DNA of 64,000 nucleotides, taken from positions 1 through 64,000 of the IMG/VR virus record IMGVR_UViG_3300038701_001169; one strand, given 5' to 3'. Under the pieces are notes generated by a model. The model did not search any database and had not been told where the DNA came from. It saw only the letters and a program-made list of their open reading frames with translations. The translations under genes were made by a program, and so were the position numbers. This stretch comes from a virus. Shown in pieces: positions 8,165 through 18,858 of the stretch (the stretch's first letter is position 1; each line of letters opens with the position of its first letter).

Positions 8165-9274
8165 ATGCCCGTAAATCCACATGCATCTACTAACATTACT
8201 GTAGACGAACTTACAGACTACTCTGTACAAGCTTTCGACTCACTGGGTAAGTATGATGTTCCAGAAAATATCATCCCTGTTAAGAGCTCACAGAGAGACC
8301 AAGGAAAATTTAGAGTATATGAACCATCAGCATTTCAGTCTGACTTGTTTCAAGCACTCGCTGACTGTCAAGTAGCTCCAGTAGCAACCTGGGGTCACAC
8401 AACTGCACCTTACTCTATCAATGTATACGGTCTGAGAGACAAAGTATCTGATCGTGACTATGTAAACGCTGAAGAAGCTATAGATCTATTTAGAGACACA
8501 GCTTTGTTCTTGGCACGTAACGGAATCAAACAGCGCAATAAAGCTTTCGCAGACGCATTCCTTGCCAATGCTGCAGGATGGTCAACGAAAGTAACAGGCG
8601 TTGCTGCAGGAGGATTCACCACAGCACCTCCAGACGGAATGTTTAACCCTGCTGAGAATGAGTTCCTGAAATTCACAGAAGCAGACTCCGATCCTCTATT
8701 ACTTCTAGACCTCCTTTGTGAAGTCATGCAAGAAACTACAGAGATCAGACCAGATACTCTTATCATCCCTCGTAAAGTGATGACTCAGCTTAAGCGCAAT
8801 GCAGCCATCAATCAGTTCGGTCTACAGAACCCTGTTGGTGGTATTGCCGGAGGTGAAGAATTTACTATCAATGTTATCGCTCAGTACGTTGGTCTAGAGT
8901 CTAGTAGAATATTCGTTATCGACACAGTATTCAACGATCAGTCCGGCGCTACCATAGATGACGCTACTCTTGCAGAGCTAGAAGACGGTCAAACAGGTAA
9001 GAAAATAACTGAAGCCGCTGCTGACATGAAATTCATCACGGAATCAAACTGCTTACTTATGCACATCGGAGACACGAACCTAGGTCTTAGATCCATGAGT
9101 GCATGTGCAGAATTCCTATGGACCGGCCTATACCCGAAAGGTGAGCGCGGGAACTATAAAAATAAAATGCGCTACGATGAAGACGGCGAATTCACATGGA
9201 TTGAAGGTCGTCAGGCATTCAAGTACCAGATTACAGCACCTGCATTAGGAATCCTAATCCAAGCCTGTATCTAA
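8165..9274 (+). CDS. major capsid protein
   Basis: 369 aa after the protease/scaffold gene, with a strong leader and a hairpin terminator directly downstream. Confidence 0.7.
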   Translation: MPVNPHASTNITVDELTDYSVQAFDSLGKYDVPENIIPVKSSQRDQGKFRVYEPSAFQSDLFQALADCQVAPVATWGHTTAPYSINVYGLRDKVSDRDYVNAEEAIDLFRDTALFLARNGIKQRNKAFADAFLANAAGWSTKVTGVAAGGFTTAPPDGMFNPAENEFLKFTEADSDPLLLLDLLCEVMQETTEIRPDTLIIPRKVMTQLKRNAAINQFGLQNPVGGIAGGEEFTINVIAQYVGLESSRIFVIDTVFNDQSGATIDDATLAELEDGQTGKKITEAAADMKFITESNCLLMHIGDTNLGLRSMSACAEFLWTGLYPKGERGNYKNKMRYDEDGEFTWIEGRQAFKYQITAPALGILIQACI

Positions 9275-9284
9275 GAATCTTATT

Positions 9285-9320
9285 TCCAGTACACTTTTCG
9301 GAGTGTACTGGATTCTTTTA
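9285..9320 (+). terminator. intrinsic terminator after the capsid gene
   Basis: Stem TCCAGTACAC/GTGTACTGGA with an 8-nt loop, followed by TTCTTTT. Confidence 0.65.
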
Positions 9321-9344
9321 ACTAATCGTTCAATAGGAGCAACC

Positions 9345-10094
9345 ATGTCTTTCACATACAATGTAGTAAATCTATCAACTGATAGAATAGCTCAGGTTCG
9401 GTTAGCCACAGGACAGACTCAAGAAAAGTCTTCTAGGATATCTGACGAAGAAATCTCTTACCTACTATCACAGAACTCATACAATGTAAAAACAACATCT
9501 GTACAGGTATTGAAAAACCTACTTGTAGCAGTAAGTCAGGAATACGATAGATCTACAGGCGAAGTGTCACAGTCATTATCTCAAGTATATGACAAACTAA
9601 AAGACCTTCTACAAAACGCTACTCTGGGACTAGGAGGGATATCATCCCCTACAGGACTCCATTTCGGAGGTTTATGCTCAGAGGAATTCGACTACAGAAA
9701 TAAAGATAAATCAGTCTATCACGGTTTCGTTTCCTGTGACAAGGGACCAGAATACAAGCCCGTCTGTGACGTAGAGACTTTAAACATCAATGAGAATCAA
9801 CCAAGTCAAGAAGAAAGCACCGTAACAAAGAACTTTATTGCCTCTGACTGGATTCAAGATACCTCTCAAGACCTTTATATAATTCACTTCACATATAGGG
9901 ACATTAATTTATTTCCTGTATCTGCAGAAGTATACAACTCCGAAGATGTACTACAGGACGATCCTGACGTAACTATAGACCAGGAAAGCATAACTATTAC
10001 TTCACCTATAGAAGAAGGTAACAACTTCGACGGCTACGTACAGGTTACAGGACTTATACCTTCAGAATCAAAAGTCGTGATCGATGAGTGTTAG
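9345..10094 (+). CDS. hypothetical head-associated protein
   Basis: AGGAG followed by ATG at 9345. The track start at 9303 lies inside the terminator. Confidence 0.55.
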   Translation: MSFTYNVVNLSTDRIAQVRLATGQTQEKSSRISDEEISYLLSQNSYNVKTTSVQVLKNLLVAVSQEYDRSTGEVSQSLSQVYDKLKDLLQNATLGLGGISSPTGLHFGGLCSEEFDYRNKDKSVYHGFVSCDKGPEYKPVCDVETLNINENQPSQEESTVTKNFIASDWIQDTSQDLYIIHFTYRDINLFPVSAEVYNSEDVLQDDPDVTIDQESITITSPIEEGNNFDGYVQVTGLIPSESKVVIDEC

Positions 10095-10551
10095 ACTTGA
10101 ACGGAAGAAGTTCAATAAAAAAGTAAAGCACCTTAACAACGTAGCGTCTAGAAAGTACACCACTGGAATCTTCGACCCTGAAAACGCTAGAAAAGGGATA
10201 CTACTAGATGAAGGTATTCCGGGTCAGCAAGTAGCCCGTCCTTGGTTCTCAGGTAACATGAATGGATCTAACAAAGCATTTCGTTACCTAATTAAGAATC
10301 ATGTACAGGCACTAATTAGACGACAGATAACAGAGAGATTGTTTGTAAAACATCTTACTGAATACTGTAGAGAGTCCTTAGATGATCCCGACCTAGACCC
10401 ACTCACTGAGAGAACTATTCAGATAAAATCAGGAGAAGTACCTAGACCGGATACAGGGAGAAAGAGAAAGTCTGCAGGAAATCCAGAAGACATAGGCAGA
10501 GACTCCCTTAAAATGTACAGATCCATAAAAACAACAGTAACTAAGAGGTAA
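10084..10551 (+). CDS. hypothetical head-tail joining region protein
   Basis: ORF track and position only. Confidence 0.45.
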   Translation: MSVRLERKKFNKKVKHLNNVASRKYTTGIFDPENARKGILLDEGIPGQQVARPWFSGNMNGSNKAFRYLIKNHVQALIRRQITERLFVKHLTEYCRESLDDPDLDPLTERTIQIKSGEVPRPDTGRKRKSAGNPEDIGRDSLKMYRSIKTTVTKR

Positions 10552-10553
10552 AT

Positions 10554-10919
10554 ATGTTTGTTCGAGAAGAAAAAATAGACATACTTAGAGTTACTGAAGG
10601 GGAGTTCGATTTAAATAAAGGCGAATGTTCAGAGTCTACAGAAACTGCAGAAACTATATATGGAAATATTCAACCTGCATCGGGTAACACATTACTTAGA
10701 CTACCTGAAGGTAGAAGATCCTTTGCCAAGTACAGTATGTGGACTGAGGAGCCTTTAGAACTATCAACAATAGTAATGTACAAATCAGCTAGGTTTGAAG
10801 TAGAGCTAGCAGATGACTGGAACCAACCGTCTAGCACCATACCTCACTATAAATACATCTTATACAGTGAAGGGAATAAAGCCCATAGTATAGTCGAAGG
10901 GGGAAACAGTGCTAAATAG
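10554..10919 (+). CDS. hypothetical head-tail joining region protein
   Basis: ORF track and position only. Confidence 0.45.
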   Translation: MFVREEKIDILRVTEGEFDLNKGECSESTETAETIYGNIQPASGNTLLRLPEGRRSFAKYSMWTEEPLELSTIVMYKSARFEVELADDWNQPSSTIPHYKYILYSEGNKAHSIVEGGNSAK

Positions 10920-11505
10920 AGATAAAGTTCTAAATCAACTAATCCCGATACTTAGACCGTTACTTTCATTGAATTCTACAGAGCTGTCTACTTACAGGTT
11001 AGTAAAATCTCCTACAGACTGCAGTAGACCAAACAACCCTTACTCAACTATATCTATAGTACAGATGCAAGACTTAGGGACTATGGAATATGGGGAGATT
11101 ATTTCAGATGTAGGTTTACAAAATAAAAAACACTACGAACTGCTGATTAGAATAAACTCATTCTATAAAGACAGTTGCTTTAGGTTAGATAAGCTAAAAA
11201 GCAACATGGAGAATCCCGATCTCTTAGATCAATTAACAGCTAACGGATTTGGATATAAGGACTCCTCCGCTATTAAAGACTTATCTGCCCTCAACACTAC
11301 AAAGTACGGAGAGAGATTCAGGATTGACTTATCTCTGTACGCTTCTAGTGGATGTCTAGAGACTTTCGAGGAAGTCCCCGAAGAAGACAAAGGCAAGGCA
11401 GGAAAAGGCAACTTCTTCGACTTAGATCCAGTGGAGTCTGTTAACGTTGTGTCGTTTAGTGGATTCCCTATAGAGCAAACCAGCAACATAGACAACGAAG
11501 AATAG
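10909..11505 (+). CDS. hypothetical neck/tail-terminator region protein
   Basis: ORF track and position only. Confidence 0.45.
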   Translation: MLNRDKVLNQLIPILRPLLSLNSTELSTYRLVKSPTDCSRPNNPYSTISIVQMQDLGTMEYGEIISDVGLQNKKHYELLIRINSFYKDSCFRLDKLKSNMENPDLLDQLTANGFGYKDSSAIKDLSALNTTKYGERFRIDLSLYASSGCLETFEEVPEEDKGKAGKGNFFDLDPVESVNVVSFSGFPIEQTSNIDNEE

Positions 11506-11576
11506 ACATACACGACCAATCACCCGCTAGATCCTAGATCAGCAAAAACCAAATAACCATAAACCAAGGAAACGGA

Positions 11577-12674
11577 ATGGCAAATATCGACCAAGTGGTA
11601 GATGTCAGCATTAGTAGAAATACTCTTATTGTTGATACAGCTAACTTTAATACCGTTCTTTTCATGACAGACGAAGAAGTATTTGCAGAAAGATCTAGGA
11701 AGTACCACTCACTAGATCAACTTTTAGCAGATGGATTTTTAGAAACTGGCCATGCATATAGAGCAGCAAAAGCATTCTTCTCCCAGTCACCAAGACCTTC
11801 TCAAATTACAATAGGTAATCAAGAAACCGGAGAATCATTTACTCAAGCTATAGCAGCCCAGGTAGCCTACGACAATGACTGGTATGTAATGACTAGTTAC
11901 AGCCACCTCGAAGCAGACGTACTAGAGATAGCATCTGTTATAGAGACAATGAATAAACTATATGCATTCTCTACACAGGCTCCAGAAAGTCTAGTAGCTC
12001 TAGCTGAACCAGCAGCAGATGACGACGTATTAGGGAAAGTTTACGAACTTAACTACGACAGAACTTTCGGAATCTACAACGGAGATGCTGACAATGCATT
12101 TATCGAAGTAGCGGTATGTGGCAAGAAACTGTACAATACAGTAGCTGGAGGAACTACCTGGAACTTCACAGTACTGTCTGGACAAACAGTCGATTCTCTA
12201 TCAGTCTCCGAAGGAGATATAATCAGAGCTAAGAACGGCAATACCTACGAAGAAATCTCAGGTATAAACATGATTCGTCAAGGGACAGTGGCTTCCGGCG
12301 AATATATAGACGTTATGAGAGGCTCAGACGAGCTTCAGAGCAGAATTCAGACTGAGGTGTTTAGAGCGTTAGTTGTCACGGCTAATGGAGGATCTAAGAT
12401 AGCCCTCACAGATCAAGGTGTAGCCCAGCTCATCGCAATTGTCGAGGGAGAAATCAAAAGAAGTATAGAAAATGGATTCATTAAAGAATTTATTGAGTAC
12501 AAGGACGACTCCGGAGCTATAAAAGTCATAGACGGATATGCGATTGAAGCAGACCTTGTCTCCAGCCTCACAGCCAACCAGAGAGCTTCTAGACAGGCTC
12601 CAGATATTAAATTTACAGCAGTCATTGCAGGAGCTATCCATAAAGTAGCTGTTCGCGGTGTACTAAGCGTATAA
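11577..12674 (+). CDS. tail sheath-like protein (DUF3383-like)
   Basis: 365 aa directly upstream of the tube-like gene. It carries the CA-rich leader. Confidence 0.55.
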   Translation: MANIDQVVDVSISRNTLIVDTANFNTVLFMTDEEVFAERSRKYHSLDQLLADGFLETGHAYRAAKAFFSQSPRPSQITIGNQETGESFTQAIAAQVAYDNDWYVMTSYSHLEADVLEIASVIETMNKLYAFSTQAPESLVALAEPAADDDVLGKVYELNYDRTFGIYNGDADNAFIEVAVCGKKLYNTVAGGTTWNFTVLSGQTVDSLSVSEGDIIRAKNGNTYEEISGINMIRQGTVASGEYIDVMRGSDELQSRIQTEVFRALVVTANGGSKIALTDQGVAQLIAIVEGEIKRSIENGFIKEFIEYKDDSGAIKVIDGYAIEADLVSSLTANQRASRQAPDIKFTAVIAGAIHKVAVRGVLSV

Positions 12675-12690
12675 TAAAGGAGACTAACAC

Positions 12691-13173
12691 ATGTCACAGA
12701 CATACAGCGCATGTAAAGTCAAGACAGTTATAGCAGGAATTGCTATCAGCGGATTCGGAGAATCTGACATGATTACTGTTGAGAGAGACGAAGCTAAGTT
12801 CATTAAAACAACAGGAGCTGACGGAGTTGTATCTAGGTCTCACGTATGTCACAACGCAGGACAAATTCAGATCACTCTTCAGCAAACATCTAAAGCGAAT
12901 GACGCACTATCAGGACTTCTAGCAGCAGATGAAGCAACTCTTCAAGGACAATTCCCTATAGTTATTAAAGACCTAAACGGTACATCTGTATACGTAGGTT
13001 CGGACTGCTGGATTACCGGGCCTCCTCCTGGATCTTTTGGAAAAGAGATTGGGGAAAGAGTATGGGTAATCGATTGTGCAGACCTTAAGATGTTCACAGG
13101 CGGAAATCACTCAGGTGGATTCGTCAACAGTGCCATTAACGAAGTACTAGGTGCAGTCGGAATTACTGGCTAA
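12691..13173 (+). CDS. tail tube protein (DUF3277-like)
   Basis: The N-terminus TYSACKVKTVIAGIAISGFGESDMITVERDEAKF resembles DUF3277 as recalled from memory. The gene order fits. Confidence 0.55.
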   Translation: MSQTYSACKVKTVIAGIAISGFGESDMITVERDEAKFIKTTGADGVVSRSHVCHNAGQIQITLQQTSKANDALSGLLAADEATLQGQFPIVIKDLNGTSVYVGSDCWITGPPPGSFGKEIGERVWVIDCADLKMFTGGNHSGGFVNSAINEVLGAVGITG

Positions 13174-13256
13174 TACCTCCTCGGAACTCCTCTAATTTAT
13201 AGGGGAGGCTCCGAAAACTCGTTACACCAAATAACCAAGACCAAGGAACAGAATAA

Positions 13257-13682
13257 ATGAAACAGAAAGAAGTATCGTATAATGGTGAAAAATACATTAT
13301 ACACGCAATGGGCTTTTTTAAATCAAATAGAATTCTACTAGACAAGATACTCCCATTAACACCAATAATTTTTAAGGCTGCTCAAGAAAACAGTCAAACT
13401 GAAAACAAAGATTCAGACAGTAAAGAACGACTTACAGACATATTGTCGCAAGTAATCACCAGTATAAATTCCGACTTGTTCGAGAGTATAACTAAAGAGA
13501 TTCTTCACGATGTTCGTAAAGAAAACGGAGATGCAGTTGTTCTGGATGGAATAGACGATTATGAACTGTATGTAGAACTCATGAAAGCAGCATTTTCTCT
13601 TAATTACTCCAGCCTGGGAAAGTTCCTAGCTCGTCTGAAGAAATTGACTCCCAAAGAGACTCTCAAGGCCCAGGACCAGTAG
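13257..13682 (+). CDS. tail assembly chaperone (G-like)
   Basis: Small acidic protein between the tube and tape-measure genes. It contains the slip site. Confidence 0.7.
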   Translation: MKQKEVSYNGEKYIIHAMGFFKSNRILLDKILPLTPIIFKAAQENSQTENKDSDSKERLTDILSQVITSINSDLFESITKEILHDVRKENGDAVVLDGIDDYELYVELMKAAFSLNYSSLGKFLARLKKLTPKETLKAQDQ

Positions 13683-14005
13683 ACGGAGACGAACAAGAGT
13701 TACAAGACGAGCTTAGAAGATTAGGAATAGACCCTTCACTCCTTGAACCTACTGCAGAAGACCTAGAACAGGCACGGAAAGCCAAAGACTACAAAGACCC
13801 AATAGAACAGAGATTAGAAGAACTAGCCGAAGAACACTTGATAGCATTCAGGATATCTGAAGCAGGATTCGATACCGTAGTCAACATAGCTGAAAAATGG
13901 ACATACAACATGGTCAGGGAGTGTCTAGATTATTTAGACATTAAGCACGAACACGAAAAACGAGAGAACAGTAGAGCCGAAGCAAAAGCCAAGGCCGTTA
14001 AATAA
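13257..14005 (+). CDS. tail assembly chaperone frameshift product (GT-like, -1 at 13616-13622)
   Basis: The -1 frame is open from 13604 to TAA at 14003-14005. I translated it by hand: ...KVPSSSEEIDSQ...AKAKAVK. Confidence 0.65.
13616..13622 (+). promoter_or_regulatory. -1 slippery heptamer G GGA AAG
   Basis: The zero-frame codons are CTG GGA AAG. This is the same heptamer as lambda G/GT. Confidence 0.65.
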
Positions 14006-14009
14006 TTTG

Positions 14010-14064
14010 GCGATTAGTCCGAGTAGTTTACTGTTCCTGAATCTCGGACTAATCGCAACTTTTT
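14010..14064 (+). terminator. 14-bp-stem hairpin plus T-run between the chaperone and tape-measure genes
   Basis: GCGATTAGTCCGAG ... CTCGGACTAATCGC followed by AACTTTTT. Confidence 0.4.
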
Positions 14065-14079
14065 CAAGGAATATTTTTT

Positions 14080-16062
14080 ATGTCTTCAGATTTACAATTA
14101 ACAGCAGATATACTGATCAGTATAAAAGATAAGGTACTGCAGGACTTTGAGGCTTTATTGACTAGCGTCCACACTAAAATGAAAGCTGTTGACAAAGAAG
14201 CTAAAGACATGCTTTCAGGATTGCCAAAAGAGAACAAAGTAAATAAAATACTTAGAGAGCAAGGTAATCAGCTAGCAAAGAACACAGAACAAATTAAAAA
14301 GAACACACAGGCCAAGAAAAAGAACACTAGTGCAGGTAAGAAAAACGAATCTCAAGCCACTAGAACTTCTGCAGCACTTGGAAAGCTTCCGGCTCTCTTA
14401 GCAAAGATTCGAGTAGGTTTAGGGCTTATATCGTTTGCAGGTAAAACTGCACTTGCGTCTATAGCTGTCCCAGCTGCTACTCTAGCAGGATGGACATATC
14501 TACTTAAGAGATTCAGTGACGGTGAGAGAGAAATATCTAACGCAGCAAGAGCCATACAAGTATCTGTAGATTATTATAAATCTTTAGGTTTAGTAGCGAA
14601 TGACGCAGGTCTATCTATAGACAATCTATCCGATCTCCATGAAGAGTTAGTAAACCGTATAGGCGATGCTAAAGAAAACATGAAAGGTGCATCTGGAACA
14701 GCCTTCTCCATCTTAGGATTAGACCCAAGAGACCTAGAGAACATGAGTAGAACAGAATCTTTCATGAAAACTGTTTCAGCCATCCAGAAGTCGAACTTGT
14801 CGGACATGGCAAAAATCAGACTAGGTGACGAACTTTTCGGAGGAGAAGGTAACAGGTTTTTAACTTATTTAGTTGAAACAAATACAGAGTTCTCTACTTC
14901 CATAGAGAAGTATAAATCATTGGTTAAGTTATCTAATGAGGCAAGTAAATCATCCAAAGAATTTTCCACAGGGTTCAGAAATGTAACTTCGGTTCTTAGC
15001 TCATTAGTACTCGAAGGCCTTAATCCAGTTTTTGAAGAGCTAAACCCTGTAATATCTTATTTTACGCACTTCCTGGTAAATAATAAAAAACAAGTGATAG
15101 GGTTTGTTAGAGAGCTAGGGAGTGAACTAAGTAATGCAATATACCATATAGCTAACTTCCTTTCATATATGGTTTCATGGCTGGTAGACAATAGAAAATC
15201 TATATTCAGATGGTCTAGAGTGGTATTTGAAGTAGTCAGTAAAGTAACATTAGCCATAGCCTCCTTAATAAATGTTCTACTTAAACTAGACGAAATAACC
15301 AAAGGATACTCAACAACAGCTCTGTTGGTTATAGGTGCAATGCTGTTATTTAAATCGACTACCAAGTTTATAATAGTTAAATTATTCTCGTTGGCTCAGA
15401 TATTAGTAGCAACAGTCATCCCTGCTATGTGGGGATACGTAACAGCTATAGCAGGATCTGTAGCAGCTATGTTACCTATGATAGCCCTGATCACTGTAAT
15501 CGTAGGATCTATTTGGTACTTGTATAAGAACAAGGAGAAAGCATTCTCTGGAATTAAATTACTGTGGGAAGCTTTGATTACATCCATAAAAACAGCCACA
15601 ACGCCTCTACTCGTACTTCTAGACTTACTTAAAGCAACAGTACTTACAGTCTGGGACGTTTTCGCTAATGGAGGTAAGAATGTAGCTAAGATCTGGGGAG
15701 ATACGTTCAGGAAAATAAGCTCAAGAGTAGATTCTGTTATTGGTAAGATGAAAGAGTACATGAACACTGTCAAAGCTTTGACAGGCTCCAGTTTAGAGGA
15801 TCTTGAAAGTAGCAACAATCCAGAGGCAAAGGCCTTAGTAGCTAATTTCAAAAGAAACCAGGCTTTAAAGGCTGCTCAACAAAATGCACTTAACTCATCG
15901 AGACAAGCTAGAAACTTAAGCACTACATCTAGAGTTACTAACTCAACAAATACTACCAACAATACAACTAATTCAGGCGGAAACAACATCAATGTAACTA
16001 TACATGACGGAGACCCCGAGAAACTCAAACAAGTACTTGTAGAAGGTCCAAGCAATTTTTAA
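14080..16062 (+). CDS. tail tape measure protein
   Basis: 660 aa with a coiled-coil N-terminus, several hydrophobic segments, and the canonical position. Confidence 0.75.
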   Translation: MSSDLQLTADILISIKDKVLQDFEALLTSVHTKMKAVDKEAKDMLSGLPKENKVNKILREQGNQLAKNTEQIKKNTQAKKKNTSAGKKNESQATRTSAALGKLPALLAKIRVGLGLISFAGKTALASIAVPAATLAGWTYLLKRFSDGEREISNAARAIQVSVDYYKSLGLVANDAGLSIDNLSDLHEELVNRIGDAKENMKGASGTAFSILGLDPRDLENMSRTESFMKTVSAIQKSNLSDMAKIRLGDELFGGEGNRFLTYLVETNTEFSTSIEKYKSLVKLSNEASKSSKEFSTGFRNVTSVLSSLVLEGLNPVFEELNPVISYFTHFLVNNKKQVIGFVRELGSELSNAIYHIANFLSYMVSWLVDNRKSIFRWSRVVFEVVSKVTLAIASLINVLLKLDEITKGYSTTALLVIGAMLLFKSTTKFIIVKLFSLAQILVATVIPAMWGYVTAIAGSVAAMLPMIALITVIVGSIWYLYKNKEKAFSGIKLLWEALITSIKTATTPLLVLLDLLKATVLTVWDVFANGGKNVAKIWGDTFRKISSRVDSVIGKMKEYMNTVKALTGSSLEDLESSNNPEAKALVANFKRNQALKAAQQNALNSSRQARNLSTTSRVTNSTNTTNNTTNSGGNNINVTIHDGDPEKLKQVLVEGPSNF

Positions 16063-16072
16063 GGAAATCTAA

Positions 16073-17011
16073 ATGACTAAAGAAAACAGAATAACAATAT
16101 TCACTAAGAACTCTAGTTCTAGATACGGTGGACGAGCTTTAGTCCTAGACCTAACAAGAAAGCTTAACCATTTGTACAATAGTGTAGTAGCCAAACACCC
16201 TATTGAGGGAGTGGGTTACAGCGTTGCAGATCACGCATACCCTGAGAATATCGTAATAGGTATCTCAGGACATGTCTCCAATGCTGTAGCTCCTCCTCCT
16301 CAGAGACTTAATCTAGAGAGCTACGACCCATTCGGACAATACAGGAACCAAGACGCTTATAAGAACTCTCTAGTCAGTGCCCTAGAAGAATCAACAATAG
16401 ACAAGAACATCATTGAAGATAGAGACCCGGAAGACCCTCTCACAGAAAGCGAATTAGAGATAGTAGATAAGTACACAATATCTACGGGGTTATCTGTAGG
16501 AGATCTCTTACCTGACGAGATTGTATCCGCTATGATAAGTACAATGGGCTCGACTATTGATCAGATAAAAAACAGAATAAATACTGTTGAAGAAAACAGT
16601 AAAGTCAAATCTGAGATAGACAATAATAAGAACCTTCGTCCCTTATATCAAACAGATCAGGCATCGAAACAATTAGATGCATTCGAGTTCTTAGAGGCTA
16701 TCCGGAGCGAGAGATTATTATGCGATGTATTAACAACTACAAAACTGTATCAAAACATGTTTATGTCGTCTCTAGCACTTCCTAGAGATATCGGACAAGG
16801 TTGTTCATTAGAAGTTAGAATGGTATTCGAGCAACAAAGGTTCACTACTATAAACGAGTCAATATTCTCATTCAACCCCGGAGAGGTCTCAGGAACGGAA
16901 GAGAAAGGGAAAGATCAAGGGAATAAAGTCCAGGAAGGACAGGAAGAAAAAACACTAGGTAGATTTAAAGACGCTATTTTGAGGCTCTCAGGATCTATTC
17001 TTAAGGACTAA
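16073..17011 (+). CDS. tail/baseplate-associated protein (in the Mu gp43 position)
   Basis: Gene order only. Confidence 0.35.
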   Translation: MTKENRITIFTKNSSSRYGGRALVLDLTRKLNHLYNSVVAKHPIEGVGYSVADHAYPENIVIGISGHVSNAVAPPPQRLNLESYDPFGQYRNQDAYKNSLVSALEESTIDKNIIEDRDPEDPLTESELEIVDKYTISTGLSVGDLLPDEIVSAMISTMGSTIDQIKNRINTVEENSKVKSEIDNNKNLRPLYQTDQASKQLDAFEFLEAIRSERLLCDVLTTTKLYQNMFMSSLALPRDIGQGCSLEVRMVFEQQRFTTINESIFSFNPGEVSGTEEKGKDQGNKVQEGQEEKTLGRFKDAILRLSGSILKD

Positions 17012-17023
17012 GAGAGGTGAGGC

Positions 17024-18028
17024 GTGGACAGATACTTACGAGACTATAGAATAGACTTCCTTGTAGATGGTAGGAAATCCAAACTACTAACATACACGAC
17101 CGAGAATAAAACAGACCCTTTACACATACAATTTAATTGTAGCCTAGAACAAGGACCGTCTAGACTACAATTAAAGATATATAACATGTCTCCGTCGTCT
17201 AGGTTACTTCTACAGTCAGAAGACATTAAAATAAGACTTCAAGTAGGTTATAGACGAAGCTCCAGACCCGATCTAATCAACCTGCAAACAATATTCTTAG
17301 GTAGTATAGATCCGAATATACCGATAGTTACAGAGGTTAAAGGAGCAGACCACATTACAAGAGTGTCTGCTACTGACGGATACATAATCAGAGAATATAA
17401 AGTCCATTTAGACGCACCTGAAGGAGTCTCACATACTCAAGTAATTAAAGACATAGTGAATAAAATTGCTAGTTATTCAGGGGGAATGCTGACCACTGAC
17501 TTCTCTGAGTTAGATGCACTTAGGATTCAAGATACTTACGTTAAAGGGACAAGCATTGTAGGTGTGGCAGACAAGGTTCTAGAAGAAAGATTGTCTATGC
17601 ATAATCTAAGTTACAGCACCTCTTTAGGAGCTCTGAAAATATACAAAGAAGGATTCTCTACTAGGACTAAGGTTCACGAAGTCTCTATAGGTTCCGGGTT
17701 ACTTTCTATACCTAAACCCACAGTACTAAGAGCAGGTAGAGCATTATCAGACCCGAGAAGTACTAAAGCGTATTGTTATACTTCTTTACTGAACCCAGAC
17801 CTAGTTCCTCTTGACAGAGTTAAATTAATACACGAATCAGTACCTGCAAGACATTCATTAATCATAGACTCTGTAACACATTATGGAGGATACGAAGAGA
17901 ATCAATGGTACTCCAAAGTCAATGCACATTTTGAATTCCAAGAAGACCCTGACAAGTCAATATCAGAAGCTCAGCAAAAGAACAATCAGTCTGAGATAAA
18001 ATACTTCGACCTACTAACAAACCCTTAA
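17024..18028 (+). CDS. baseplate hub protein (gpD / Mu gp44-like)
   Basis: GTG start, 334 aa, positioned before the spike gene. Confidence 0.45.
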   Translation: MDRYLRDYRIDFLVDGRKSKLLTYTTENKTDPLHIQFNCSLEQGPSRLQLKIYNMSPSSRLLLQSEDIKIRLQVGYRRSSRPDLINLQTIFLGSIDPNIPIVTEVKGADHITRVSATDGYIIREYKVHLDAPEGVSHTQVIKDIVNKIASYSGGMLTTDFSELDALRIQDTYVKGTSIVGVADKVLEERLSMHNLSYSTSLGALKIYKEGFSTRTKVHEVSIGSGLLSIPKPTVLRAGRALSDPRSTKAYCYTSLLNPDLVPLDRVKLIHESVPARHSLIIDSVTHYGGYEENQWYSKVNAHFEFQEDPDKSISEAQQKNNQSEIKYFDLLTNP

Positions 18029-18045
18029 TAAAAACTGGAGGACAT

Positions 18046-18858
18046 ATGTTTTTATCCTCCGAAGAATTCGCAAGAGCCTACAGACAAAACAGTGCTGAAG
18101 AATGGAGTCCTATACCTGCAGTAATTACAAGGTACAATGAATCTACTCAAGAGGCAGTTGTAAAACCCTTACAGAAGCAGATTTTCAAGGACAATAGCAC
18201 CCACGAGCTTAATAGAATCTATGGAGTCCCTATTTGGACACCTAGAACAGCGTTTGCAGGTCTCCAACTACCAGTGAAGGTAGGGGATAAAGTTCTGTTA
18301 TTGTTCACCATGAGAAGTATAGATACTTTACTGGAGTCTGATTTATCTGGATACACTATCAAAGATCAAGTCTCACCTAAGGATAATAGATTTAAGCAGT
18401 ACGAGTTCTGTATCGGTCTAGCAGGGTTTCATGACACTAAGTCAGCGATAGGGACGGATCAAGATGTACGTCTACTAAATAACTGGAAGAGTCACGAGAA
18501 CGAGCTACGACTAACCGAAGATGGAAGCGTCAATATAAAGAACCCAACTACTAATCTCAGAATGGACATTTCAGGAGAAATTAAAGCTGATAATGAGAAC
18601 AGTAGTATCACATTGGCTCCAGACGGGAACGTTACAATTACGAACGACAGTGTTACTGTTGAAATGACTCCAGACGGTGTACTGAACCTCACAGCCCCTG
18701 GATCTATAAATATCGATACACCTACAAGCAACTTCACAGGTGAGATAATTGCCCAAGGAGAGGTGACAAGCTTGTTCGGAGGAGTTGTTAAACTGACCGA
18801 ACATACCCACATAGGAGTAACTCCTGGACCGTCGAATACAGGCCCACCAGACAAATAA
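18046..18858 (+). CDS. baseplate spike (gpV / Mu gp45-like)
   Basis: N-terminal OB-like region (VPIWTPRTAFAGLQLPVKVGDKVLLLF) and a repetitive beta-helix-like C-terminus. Confidence 0.6.
   Translation: MFLSSEEFARAYRQNSAEEWSPIPAVITRYNESTQEAVVKPLQKQIFKDNSTHELNRIYGVPIWTPRTAFAGLQLPVKVGDKVLLLFTMRSIDTLLESDLSGYTIKDQVSPKDNRFKQYEFCIGLAGFHDTKSAIGTDQDVRLLNNWKSHENELRLTEDGSVNIKNPTTNLRMDISGEIKADNENSSITLAPDGNVTITNDSVTVEMTPDGVLNLTAPGSINIDTPTSNFTGEIIAQGEVTSLFGGVVKLTEHTHIGVTPGPSNTGPPDK

Noticed and set aside
13174-13225. An imperfect hairpin (GGAACTCCTCT...AGGGGAGGCTCC) follows the tube gene and could be a terminator.
   Set aside because: The stem has several mismatches and no T-run follows it.
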